From IMG/VR virus record IMGVR_UViG_3300045988_108834, positions 1-48,553 of that record: a stretch of DNA of 48,553 bases; one strand, written 5' to 3'. A model generated the notes under the pieces. It searched no databases. It saw nothing but the letters and a program-made list of their open reading frames with translations, and was not told where the DNA came from. Numbering within the stretch: position 1 is the first letter of the stretch; the number at the start of each line of letters is the position of its first letter. Made by a program: the position numbers and the translations under genes. Positions 1 through 7,001 of the stretch are shown in pieces. This DNA is from a virus.

Positions 1-1019
1 CCGCGAAGTACGGCCTGCCCTACTTCCAGAACTTCATCAACTCCGAGCTCGACCCGGGCATGATCCGCTCGATGTGCTGCCGCCTCCAGCTCGACCTGCG
101 CGAGCTCCTGAAGCGGGGCAACGGTTTGTTCGGCTCGGCCGAGCTCACGGGCTCCATAGGCGTCGTCACCGTGAACGCCGCAAGACTCGGATATCAGTAC
201 GCGGGCGACGAGACCGCCCTGTTCGAGCGCCTCGACCACCTCATGGACCTGGCTTCCTCGACCCTGGAGAAGAAGAGGATCAAGATCGCCGAGCTGATGG
301 AGCGAGGCCTCTTCCCTTACAGCAAGCGCTACTTGGGAGGACTTGGCAACCACTTCTCCACGATCGGCGTCAACGGCGTCAACGAAGCCATCCGCAACTT
401 CACCCACGACAAGGAAGACATCACCACCGAGTGGGGTCATGACTTCGCCAAGAAGCTCCTCGCACACATGAGAGAGCGCCTCGTCCAGTATCAGGAGAAG
501 ACCGGTAACCTTTACAACCTGGAAGCAACCCCCGCGGAGGGCACCACATACAGGTTTGCCAAGGAAGATCGTAAACGGTTCTCCAACATCATCCAGGCCG
601 GCACGGACAAGAACCCCTACTACACGAACTCTTCCCAGCTGCCTGTGTCGCACACGCAGGACGCATTCCAAGCTCTGGAAGAACAAGCAGACCTTCAATC
701 CATGTACACGGGCGGCACCGTCCTGCACCTGTACATGAACGAGAAGATCTCGTCCGGTGATGTGTGCGCTAAGTTGGTTAAGAGGGCACTCACTAACTTC
801 CACCTTCCGTACATCACGATTACCCCGACGTTCTCGATCTGCCCCAATCACGGCTACCTCGCCGGGGAGCATTTCGTGTGCGAGACGTGCGGTGAGGCAT
901 GCGAGGTGTGGACGCGCGTCATGGGTTACTTCAGGCCTGTGCAGTCGTTCAACATCGGTAAGAAGGGCGAGTACGCAGAGAGGACGTGCTTCACGGAGAA
1001 GGAGAGCGTGAAGGCTTGA
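1..1019 (+). CDS. nrdD: Anaerobic (class III) ribonucleoside-triphosphate reductase NrdD, C-terminal part; same gene as 47731..48553 joined across the circular junction
   Basis: Frame entering at nt 3 stays open to TGA 1017-1019. It carries a C-terminal Cys cluster (CPNHG..CETCGEAC) and the glycyl-radical motif RVMGY. nt 1-51 duplicate 48503-48553 in frame, giving one ORF of about 596 aa without an ATP-cone. Confidence 0.9.
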   Translation, partial: AKYGLPYFQNFINSELDPGMIRSMCCRLQLDLRELLKRGNGLFGSAELTGSIGVVTVNAARLGYQYAGDETALFERLDHLMDLASSTLEKKRIKIAELMERGLFPYSKRYLGGLGNHFSTIGVNGVNEAIRNFTHDKEDITTEWGHDFAKKLLAHMRERLVQYQEKTGNLYNLEATPAEGTTYRFAKEDRKRFSNIIQAGTDKNPYYTNSSQLPVSHTQDAFQALEEQADLQSMYTGGTVLHLYMNEKISSGDVCAKLVKRALTNFHLPYITITPTFSICPNHGYLAGEHFVCETCGEACEVWTRVMGYFRPVQSFNIGKKGEYAERTCFTEKESVKA

Positions 1020-1735
1020 CCGAGAGCAAGGACCTTCAGGTGGCCGGGCTGGTGCCACTGTCGTCAGTGGACTGGCCCGGCCGGCTCGTAGCCACCGTGT
1101 TCTGCCAGGGTTGTCCGCTCAGGTGCCCGTACTGCCAGAACTCAGCCATCCTCGACAATCGCACACCGGGCGTCATCGCCTGGTCGGAAATTGATGGTTT
1201 CCTCCAGCGGCGCGTCGGACTGCTCGACGGCGTCGTCTTCACAGGTGGAGAGGCACTGCGCCAGGAGGCTGTGATCCCTGCCGCCGAGACGGTCGCCGAG
1301 CTCGGTTTCGGCGTGGGTATTCACACGTCCGGCATGTTCCCGGACCGGCTGGAACGCATGATGCACGTCGTCGACTGGGTCGGCCTCGACGTGAAAGCCC
1401 GTCCGGAAGACTATAAGAATGCCGTAGGCGTGCGGGGCGACAAGGTGTGGCATACCCTCGACCTCGTGCTGGAGTCAGGCGTCGACTACGAGGTACGCAC
1501 AACCGTTTACCCCGAGTCACTCATCGACCACCACTTCGAGGACCTCGTCTCCCAGCTGAAGCTTGCCGGTGTGCGCAACTTCGCCTTTCAGGAGGCCCGC
1601 ACAGAAGGCACCCCGGTGGCGTTCCAGCTGATGGCGGCATCATGGGATAGGAAGCGTTGGGAGAAACGCCGGCGTGAGTTGGTTGAATGCGTACAGGCCG
1701 CCGGCTTCGACCGCTATATTCTCAGGCTCGCATAA
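1016..1735 (+). CDS. nrdG: Class III RNR activating enzyme NrdG (radical SAM)
   Basis: Has the CxxxCxxC motif (CQGCPLRCPYCQN) and an N-terminal PLSSVDWPG segment typical of these activases. TTG 1016 overlaps the nrdD stop (TTGA) behind GGAGAAGGAG. The ORF track offers GTG 986 as an alternative start. Confidence 0.85.
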   Translation: MTESKDLQVAGLVPLSSVDWPGRLVATVFCQGCPLRCPYCQNSAILDNRTPGVIAWSEIDGFLQRRVGLLDGVVFTGGEALRQEAVIPAAETVAELGFGVGIHTSGMFPDRLERMMHVVDWVGLDVKARPEDYKNAVGVRGDKVWHTLDLVLESGVDYEVRTTVYPESLIDHHFEDLVSQLKLAGVRNFAFQEARTEGTPVAFQLMAASWDRKRWEKRRRELVECVQAAGFDRYILRLA

Positions 1736-1760
1736 GTGATGGACGACACACACAGGGGTG

Positions 1761-1789
1761 TTGACGGGGTTGGCTCCTTTCGCTACCAT
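1761..1789 (+). promoter_or_regulatory. Sigma-70/SigA-like promoter
   Basis: TTGACG (1761-1766), a 17-bp spacer, then TACCAT (1784-1789). It lies about 30 nt upstream of ATG 1821. Confidence 0.5.
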
Positions 1790-1820
1790 GGAGACATGGA
1801 GAAAGAAAGGAGCCAACCTC

Positions 1821-2261
1821 ATGACACAGACGAACACTCTCAACGAGACACAGCTCATCCTATGCGTCCTATTCATCGGCGCCATTGCACACCTCGTCGC
1901 CTACCAGGTGTGGGCGACAAGAGGCGACCGAGGAATTGAGAACTACGACACGCGCATCAGGCCCTTCATGTGGACGGTCTGGGCCTGGCCATTCCATTAC
2001 GGGGTGTTTGCCTGTCTGCTGATCGACTACCTGTGGGGCAACAAAGCGAAGGAAAGGAGATACTATGAATATCTGGGTCGTTATTATGCTTCTGGCATGG
2101 GCGGTGGCTATAGCGCTGCTGGACTGGCAGCTCCGCAAATCGGAGAAGAAGCTGAACCGTGCGATACAAGAGGCGAGGAGCATTACTATTACCACCCGGC
2201 CTCCCGGTCATTCGTCGACGGCGGGTATTGGGGCTACGCACAGCAGTACCACGGACTCTGA
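1821..2261 (+). CDS. Hypothetical membrane protein (2 predicted TM helices, Tyr/Gly-rich tail)
   Basis: ATG 1821 follows GAAAGAAAGGAG. GC3 is high from 1821 to about 2060. Hydrophobic stretches LILCVLFIGAIAHLVAY and WTVWAWPFHYGVFACLLI are present. Confidence 0.6.
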   Translation: MTQTNTLNETQLILCVLFIGAIAHLVAYQVWATRGDRGIENYDTRIRPFMWTVWAWPFHYGVFACLLIDYLWGNKAKERRYYEYLGRYYASGMGGGYSAAGLAAPQIGEEAEPCDTRGEEHYYYHPASRSFVDGGYWGYAQQYHGL

Positions 2262-2283
2262 GGTTGAGGCAGACCGAAAATGA
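2065..2283 (+). CDS. Small single-pass membrane protein, out-of-frame inside the 3' part of 1821..2261
   Basis: ATG 2065 follows GGAAAGGAG. The N-terminal TM segment is IWVVIMLLAWAVAIALL. The stop overlaps the next start (ATGA at 2280-2283). By-eye GC3 over 2065-2169 is about 69% in this frame versus about 31% in the long frame. Confidence 0.4.
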   Translation: MNIWVVIMLLAWAVAIALLDWQLRKSEKKLNRAIQEARSITITTRPPGHSSTAGIGATHSSTTDSEVEADRK

Positions 2284-2744
2284 CTACACTGCTGGCTATC
2301 GACCCTTGCGGGGTGGGCGGGACGACTGGAATCGTCCTCGTCGGATATGAGAACGATTCTCCTGTACGGCTCCTCAACTCTTGGAACCCCGGCACCGATG
2401 AGACATACGAGTGGTTCTACAAGCGAATGTTCGACCGCATGGTCCACCCTGACGTTGTGGTGTGCGAGAAGTACGTCAACCGTAACATCCCGGGAGCCGA
2501 CATCAACCCAGTTCGCGTTGAGGGCGCTGTCCACGTCTTCGGCCGATTCCTCGGGAAGAAGATCCAGTGGCGCACACCGCAACAGCGGTTGTTCGTCCGT
2601 GACGAGAACCTCCGGCGCCTCGGTCTCCTATTCGAGAAGGTCGAGGATCATCACCACGACCGCCGGGAGGCCGCACGGCACGCCATAGCCTATCTGGTCG
2701 AGCGATCACACCACAAACCCACCTATGAGAGAGGATGGAAATGA
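2280..2744 (+). CDS. RuvC-like Holliday junction resolvase
   Basis: N-terminal LLAIDPCGVGGTTG matches the RNase H-fold (A)IDPG..TG motif. An acidic/His C-terminal motif (HDRREAARHAIAY) is present. The size, 154 aa, fits. Confidence 0.65.
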   Translation: MTTLLAIDPCGVGGTTGIVLVGYENDSPVRLLNSWNPGTDETYEWFYKRMFDRMVHPDVVVCEKYVNRNIPGADINPVRVEGAVHVFGRFLGKKIQWRTPQQRLFVRDENLRRLGLLFEKVEDHHHDRREAARHAIAYLVERSHHKPTYERGWK

Positions 2745-3211
2745 AGATAGGGTCGCTTTTCACAGGTATTGGTGGGTTGGAGCTCGGTGTGTTCAACACA
2801 GTGACATCCATTGTCCCGTATGACAACAATATCGAGTGGATAGCAGAGACTGACGGGAATGCACTGAAGATACTCGAACATTCAACCATGTTCCACGGGG
2901 TGCCCAATCTCGGAGATGTAGAGAAAATCGATTGGAGCACGGTTCCAGACGTAGACTGCGTCACCGGAGGGAGCCCCTGTCAGGACTTCTCCCACCCCGG
3001 GACCCGTAAGGGACTGGAAGGCGAAAAGAGTTCCCTGCTCTACACGTCCATCCTTCTACGACCTCAAACATTGGAACGAAGACGAAGTGAGGGCTTCCTA
3101 CGGGGCAGCCATCGAGCGGTGGGAGCAGACACTCGGTCGCGGGGCCCCTCTGCTGGCGAAGCCTTTTACCACGGGCTCCTGCAATCGACAAGAGAAAGGA
3201 CCAATAGATGA
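2741..3211 (+). pseudogene. Truncated/decayed C5-cytosine DNA methyltransferase (motifs I and IV only)
   Basis: SLFTGIGGLELG is motif I and GGSPCQDFS is motif IV with the catalytic Cys, followed by GTRKGLEGEKSSLLY. Similarity then stops: no ENV, QRR or GN(A/G)V motifs are present and the ORF is only about 156 aa. A different frame from about 3050 reads ..ASYGAAIERWEQTLGRGAP.., which resembles the distal part of actinophage Dcm proteins. Confidence 0.6.
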
Positions 3212-3498
3212 TCAAGAAATGGAACACTGCACGGTGGATCAGGAAATACTGCTACGACAACGAGGCGCTGCACGTCGAAGACTGCTTCGAGCTGGCTGTG
3301 CGCCTAGGAAAGGCCGGCATCGGCCCGGTCTTCGAGTGGGATGAGGACTACCCGTTCTCACCACACCCGTGGAATGGCCAAGGCAACGGCTCGCACACGT
3401 TCTTCGACGTGTTATTCAGCATTATCGGCCCGAGCTGGTTGTACACGCCGTACACTGAACTTTACTGGTGGTGGAGACGATATAGGGACGGTGAGTAG
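3208..3498 (+). CDS. Hypothetical Trp-rich protein
   Basis: ATG follows AGAGAAAGGA. It is the last rightward ORF before the convergent terminator. Confidence 0.6.
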   Translation: MIKKWNTARWIRKYCYDNEALHVEDCFELAVRLGKAGIGPVFEWDEDYPFSPHPWNGQGNGSHTFFDVLFSIIGPSWLYTPYTELYWWWRRYRDGE

Positions 3499-3530
3499 GA
3501 AGAAGCCCCCGCCTAAGCGGGGGCTTCTTC
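3499..3530. terminator. Bidirectional intrinsic terminator at the convergence point of the two arms
   Basis: Perfect 14-bp stem GAAGAAGCCCCCGC / GCGGGGGCTTCTTC with loop CTAA. It lies between convergent genes and is followed by T-rich sequence. Confidence 0.8.
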
Positions 3531-3549
3531 TATGTTCCTTGGCGGTGCG

Positions 3550-4098
3550 TTAACCGAGGGCCACCCAGCTGACGTGTACATTCGAGTCGACAGGCCACGG
3601 CCAGTTACAAGCGGCGGCGACGCCGAACTGTTTCTTATCCACCGGAAACGCAATGATGTTGTGCGTTATGGCGTCCGTCACCTGGCACAGGAGAGAACGT
3701 GGTATACGGTCAAGCTCCTCCGGGAAGGGGACGGTGAATGATTTGATCTTATGCTGCTCCCACCTTTGATAGCCAGTTTCGAATACTCCGGCTGCGAGAA
3801 CTGCCATCTGCGCGCTGAAATAGGAGAAGCTCGAACCGTCGTGTTGAATCTGAATACGGTCATTCAGAACATTGAAGATGATCGGCTCGTCGGCCGTGCC
3901 CTCCACGCCCTGGCGTTTCAGCTCATCCACCTTGTTCTGCGCATCCCACCGCGTCTTCACCGGGTAGATGACCTGCTTACGCAGTTTGCCGACGACGTTG
4001 GACACGGACGACGATATCGTGTTGAATAAGCCCTGCAGGGGCTTGACGGGATCCGTTCCCTCGATGTGTGCGATCCCGTTGCTGTCCGTTGTAGCCAT
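3550..4098 (-). CDS. Hypothetical tail-tip/fibre-associated protein (last gene of the tail operon)
   Basis: ORF with a GGAGAGGAAAC SD. The call rests on its position after the minor tail genes; I recognise no motif. Confidence 0.5.
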   Translation of the reverse strand: MATTDSNGIAHIEGTDPVKPLQGLFNTISSSVSNVVGKLRKQVIYPVKTRWDAQNKVDELKRQGVEGTADEPIIFNVLNDRIQIQHDGSSFSYFSAQMAVLAAGVFETGYQRWEQHKIKSFTVPFPEELDRIPRSLLCQVTDAITHNIIAFPVDKKQFGVAAACNWPWPVDSNVHVSWVALG

Positions 4099-4109
4099 GT
4101 TTCCTCTCC

Positions 4110-4724
4110 TTACGTGTTAGGCTGATTGGATTCCATTACCAGTATAGTGCCGTTGAAGTAGTTGTAGAACTCTTTGTGAGGGTTGCTCGTCAGTCTGTTT
4201 TCCCCGACAAGACGAAAAGACACTTGTGTGACACGGGGCACCGTCATGTTGAAGAACGCATAGAGATCGTAGAAACCCGGGTTTATCTCTCCATTGAACA
4301 TACCTGGCATCTGTGAGACGTAGTATTCTTCGAATTTCGTCTGCGTTCCGCCTACGGGGGTCCAAGCTGTTCGAACGATAAGCTGCATCTTCGACCGGAA
4401 AGCGTCGGAGGCACCTGTATTCACATATCGTCCACTACCGAAGAAGAAGAAGTTCAGGTAACCCTTTCCATTCTCTGGGTAATTGAGGATGTTTTCCGAT
4501 AGCAGGACCTCATTGGAGTTAGGACCAAGCTGTCGTAAATCACCTGTGAGGGAGCGGAACGACAGCTTGTTGTTGGTGTTGTCTATGTTGTTCATCAGTC
4601 CGTTCAGCGAGTTGCGCACACCACCGATCCCTAAGTTGCTGAGGCCTGAGTTGATGGACGAGATCTCGTCCTGCACCCACGAACCCCATGTGTCGCCGGC
4701 GCCGAGGTTCTTGTTGGGTATCAT
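4110..4724 (-). CDS. Minor tail protein / candidate receptor-binding protein
   Basis: Asn/Gly/Ser-rich 204-aa ORF, translationally coupled to the upstream gene. Local GC is only about 45%, against about 59% for the genome. Confidence 0.55.
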   Translation of the reverse strand: MIPNKNLGAGDTWGSWVQDEISSINSGLSNLGIGGVRNSLNGLMNNIDNTNNKLSFRSLTGDLRQLGPNSNEVLLSENILNYPENGKGYLNFFFFGSGRYVNTGASDAFRSKMQLIVRTAWTPVGGTQTKFEEYYVSQMPGMFNGEINPGFYDLYAFFNMTVPRVTQVSFRLVGENRLTSNPHKEFYNYFNGTILVMESNQPNT

Positions 4725-6199
4725 TCCGGCTTGTACTCCTTGTGCGGTTGATTGAACTGGAACACGTTGTAGATCGTCTTAGGGATCTTATCCTCATAGT
4801 CGGCCAAGGTCGTGCCCGTATTGAGGGTGTTGGAGAATTCGTCACAGGTGATACGAGACGTGGCCGTTACCGTGATCTCCTGATTGTTCATATCGACGTG
4901 CGTCGTCATGAATCGGTCCCCGCCGTAGTCGAAGGCCGACCCGGACGTCAGAAACAGGTCATTACCCGTGGTGGATGGTGTGCGCGACTCCAGGTTAGGC
5001 GACGTGAGTGTGATCGTCGGGATTGTCCCTGACTTCTCCCACACAGCCCGGAGGCTGTTATCGATCGCCAGAGACGGCGTATTGATCAATGGGTTGTTGA
5101 TCTGCTCCTCGTCGCTACCCAGTGAGGACGATCCCGTGTGCGTGACATACGTGTCCTCCGGACTCATCACCAGCCCAGTGCCGCGGAAGCGCAGCGAATT
5201 GTAGTAGTTGGATGGCCCCGAGGACGCGGCGATGCGGAAAGGCGAATAGTCCGACGTCACCATCCCGCGCACAGTCACGATAATCTGATTGTGGTTCTTC
5301 GGGTCTAGACGCACAGAGAGGCTACCACCCTGCCCTAGCCACTGGGACGCCGTAATCGGGAGCCCGTCATTGCCGGACACGCAGTACGCCGTATACTCCA
5401 GGCCGGATGTGTCTTTCGCCGGGATGTAGTCCTTGCACTGGGTCACCCACGGCGTCATGGCTTCGATCACGTAGGCGTCGAGCGTGATCGTCTGCTCCAC
5501 GGTCTTCCGGGCGTCCACCTGGATGATCGTGTCTCTCGATTCCTTGCTCAACGGCAAGTACTCGTTGTAGGCATAACTCATAGGCCGGTATGTCGTCTTC
5601 ACGGTCTTAGTGGACTGTGCGAGATCCACGCTGTAGCTCATACCAGTCACGTTGTTCATGCGTTCCTTCAGGAAGTTATTGTCGCGAAGGAACAACAGGT
5701 TCGAGTTCTGGCGGATCATATACACGTTGTGAACCGCACACAGAGTGTTCAAGTAATCCCACACGTTGAATAACCCGCCCGGAGCCATGATGATCGGGTT
5801 GTATTGGTCAGACTTGATGAAGCCGTCTACATACACCTTGTCGTAGTCGCACAGCTTGAACAGCTCGACGACAACGTTCCGGAAGTTATTGTACTGCGTG
5901 GGGACGACCTTCACCTGCTTGAGCTTATAACACAGGTCGTCGACGGTCACGGTGTTCGTCGAATAGTTAGAGGTGAATGTTCGCACATCCCCCCGGAACT
6001 CGTACACGCTTGACACAGGGTGCTTGTTCGTCCACGTCGTCGACACGTCCGCCGGCTTGAAGAACCTGTCCGTCAACGTCATCACCGGGTAGCCCTTAGT
6101 GCCGCCTGGGACGCTGTACGACATGCGGTCCCACTGTGCGGAGAAGTTCTCCAGCGAACGGTCAGTCCTATACTCGAACGGCTCGGGTGCGATACTCAC
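4721..6199 (-). CDS. Minor tail protein (Tal-like baseplate/tail-tip protein)
   Basis: 492-aa ORF immediately after the Dit-like gene, overlapping both neighbours by 4 nt. The call is by synteny. Confidence 0.6.
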   Translation of the reverse strand: MSIAPEPFEYRTDRSLENFSAQWDRMSYSVPGGTKGYPVMTLTDRFFKPADVSTTWTNKHPVSSVYEFRGDVRTFTSNYSTNTVTVDDLCYKLKQVKVVPTQYNNFRNVVVELFKLCDYDKVYVDGFIKSDQYNPIIMAPGGLFNVWDYLNTLCAVHNVYMIRQNSNLLFLRDNNFLKERMNNVTGMSYSVDLAQSTKTVKTTYRPMSYAYNEYLPLSKESRDTIIQVDARKTVEQTITLDAYVIEAMTPWVTQCKDYIPAKDTSGLEYTAYCVSGNDGLPITASQWLGQGGSLSVRLDPKNHNQIIVTVRGMVTSDYSPFRIAASSGPSNYYNSLRFRGTGLVMSPEDTYVTHTGSSSLGSDEEQINNPLINTPSLAIDNSLRAVWEKSGTIPTITLTSPNLESRTPSTTGNDLFLTSGSAFDYGGDRFMTTHVDMNNQEITVTATSRITCDEFSNTLNTGTTLADYEDKIPKTIYNVFQFNQPHKEYKPE

Positions 6200-6999
6200 A
6201 GCAACACCTTCTCAGTGAACGAAGCCGTCACAGCCACCTCGTAACCGTCGATAGCCGCACTGTACTCCTGTATCGAATACGGCTCCTTCTGCTGGAGCGC
6301 GCCGTAGCCCATGCCGGGAAGGAATGGCCCGTAGTTGTTCGGCACGTCGTTGATCGTCTTCACCTGCGTCTCAGGGTAGGCTCGCACACAGATACTCGAA
6401 ATACGAGAGCTCGCCCACATCTGGATCTCGCCCCACGGGTTGCTGACGTTGTTCGTCGGAATCTGCGTCGTTACGTAACGGCCGTCAAATTCGCTGACCG
6501 CTGTCACGGCTGTGTCGTTTATCTGGATCGTTCCGTTCCCGCGGCACCCCGCCCACAGCTTGTACCCCTCCGGCCAGTGGATCTTCTGGCCGATCTGCCA
6601 TATCCACGCCGGGTTCCACGACCACGCAGGTGCGCCGTTGTAGGTGCCCGGAGTGGCTACGTGTGGGATGTCGTCTGTGAAAACCGTGGCGTTCGGGATG
6701 TAGTGCGACATGAACAGCGGCAGAAGGTTCGTCTTCATAGCCAACGGGTCCACGTAGTAGAGCAGCTCGTTGGTGGACAGTAGATACAGCAGAGCGGCGT
6801 GCTCGGCTACGGTGTTGGCCGCCCAGGTAAGCGTGAACTCCCTGTGCGTCAACGCGGACCGTTTGGCAAAGCCGTCGCCTCTCAGCGTCGTGGCGCTGTA
6901 GTTGAACCCTGTGCTGTTGCTTTGGAAGTTAGCCACGGGGGCGTCTATCCAACGCATGTCGTTCAGTGTGCCGAACCACACTTTGGGTCGTTTAGGCAT
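6196..6999 (-). CDS. Distal tail protein (Dit-like)
   Basis: 267-aa ORF directly downstream of the tape measure gene. The call is by synteny. Confidence 0.55.
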   Translation of the reverse strand: MPKRPKVWFGTLNDMRWIDAPVANFQSNSTGFNYSATTLRGDGFAKRSALTHREFTLTWAANTVAEHAALLYLLSTNELLYYVDPLAMKTNLLPLFMSHYIPNATVFTDDIPHVATPGTYNGAPAWSWNPAWIWQIGQKIHWPEGYKLWAGCRGNGTIQINDTAVTAVSEFDGRYVTTQIPTNNVSNPWGEIQMWASSRISSICVRAYPETQVKTINDVPNNYGPFLPGMGYGALQQKEPYSIQEYSAAIDGYEVAVTASFTEKVLL

Positions 7000-7001
7000 T
7001 C

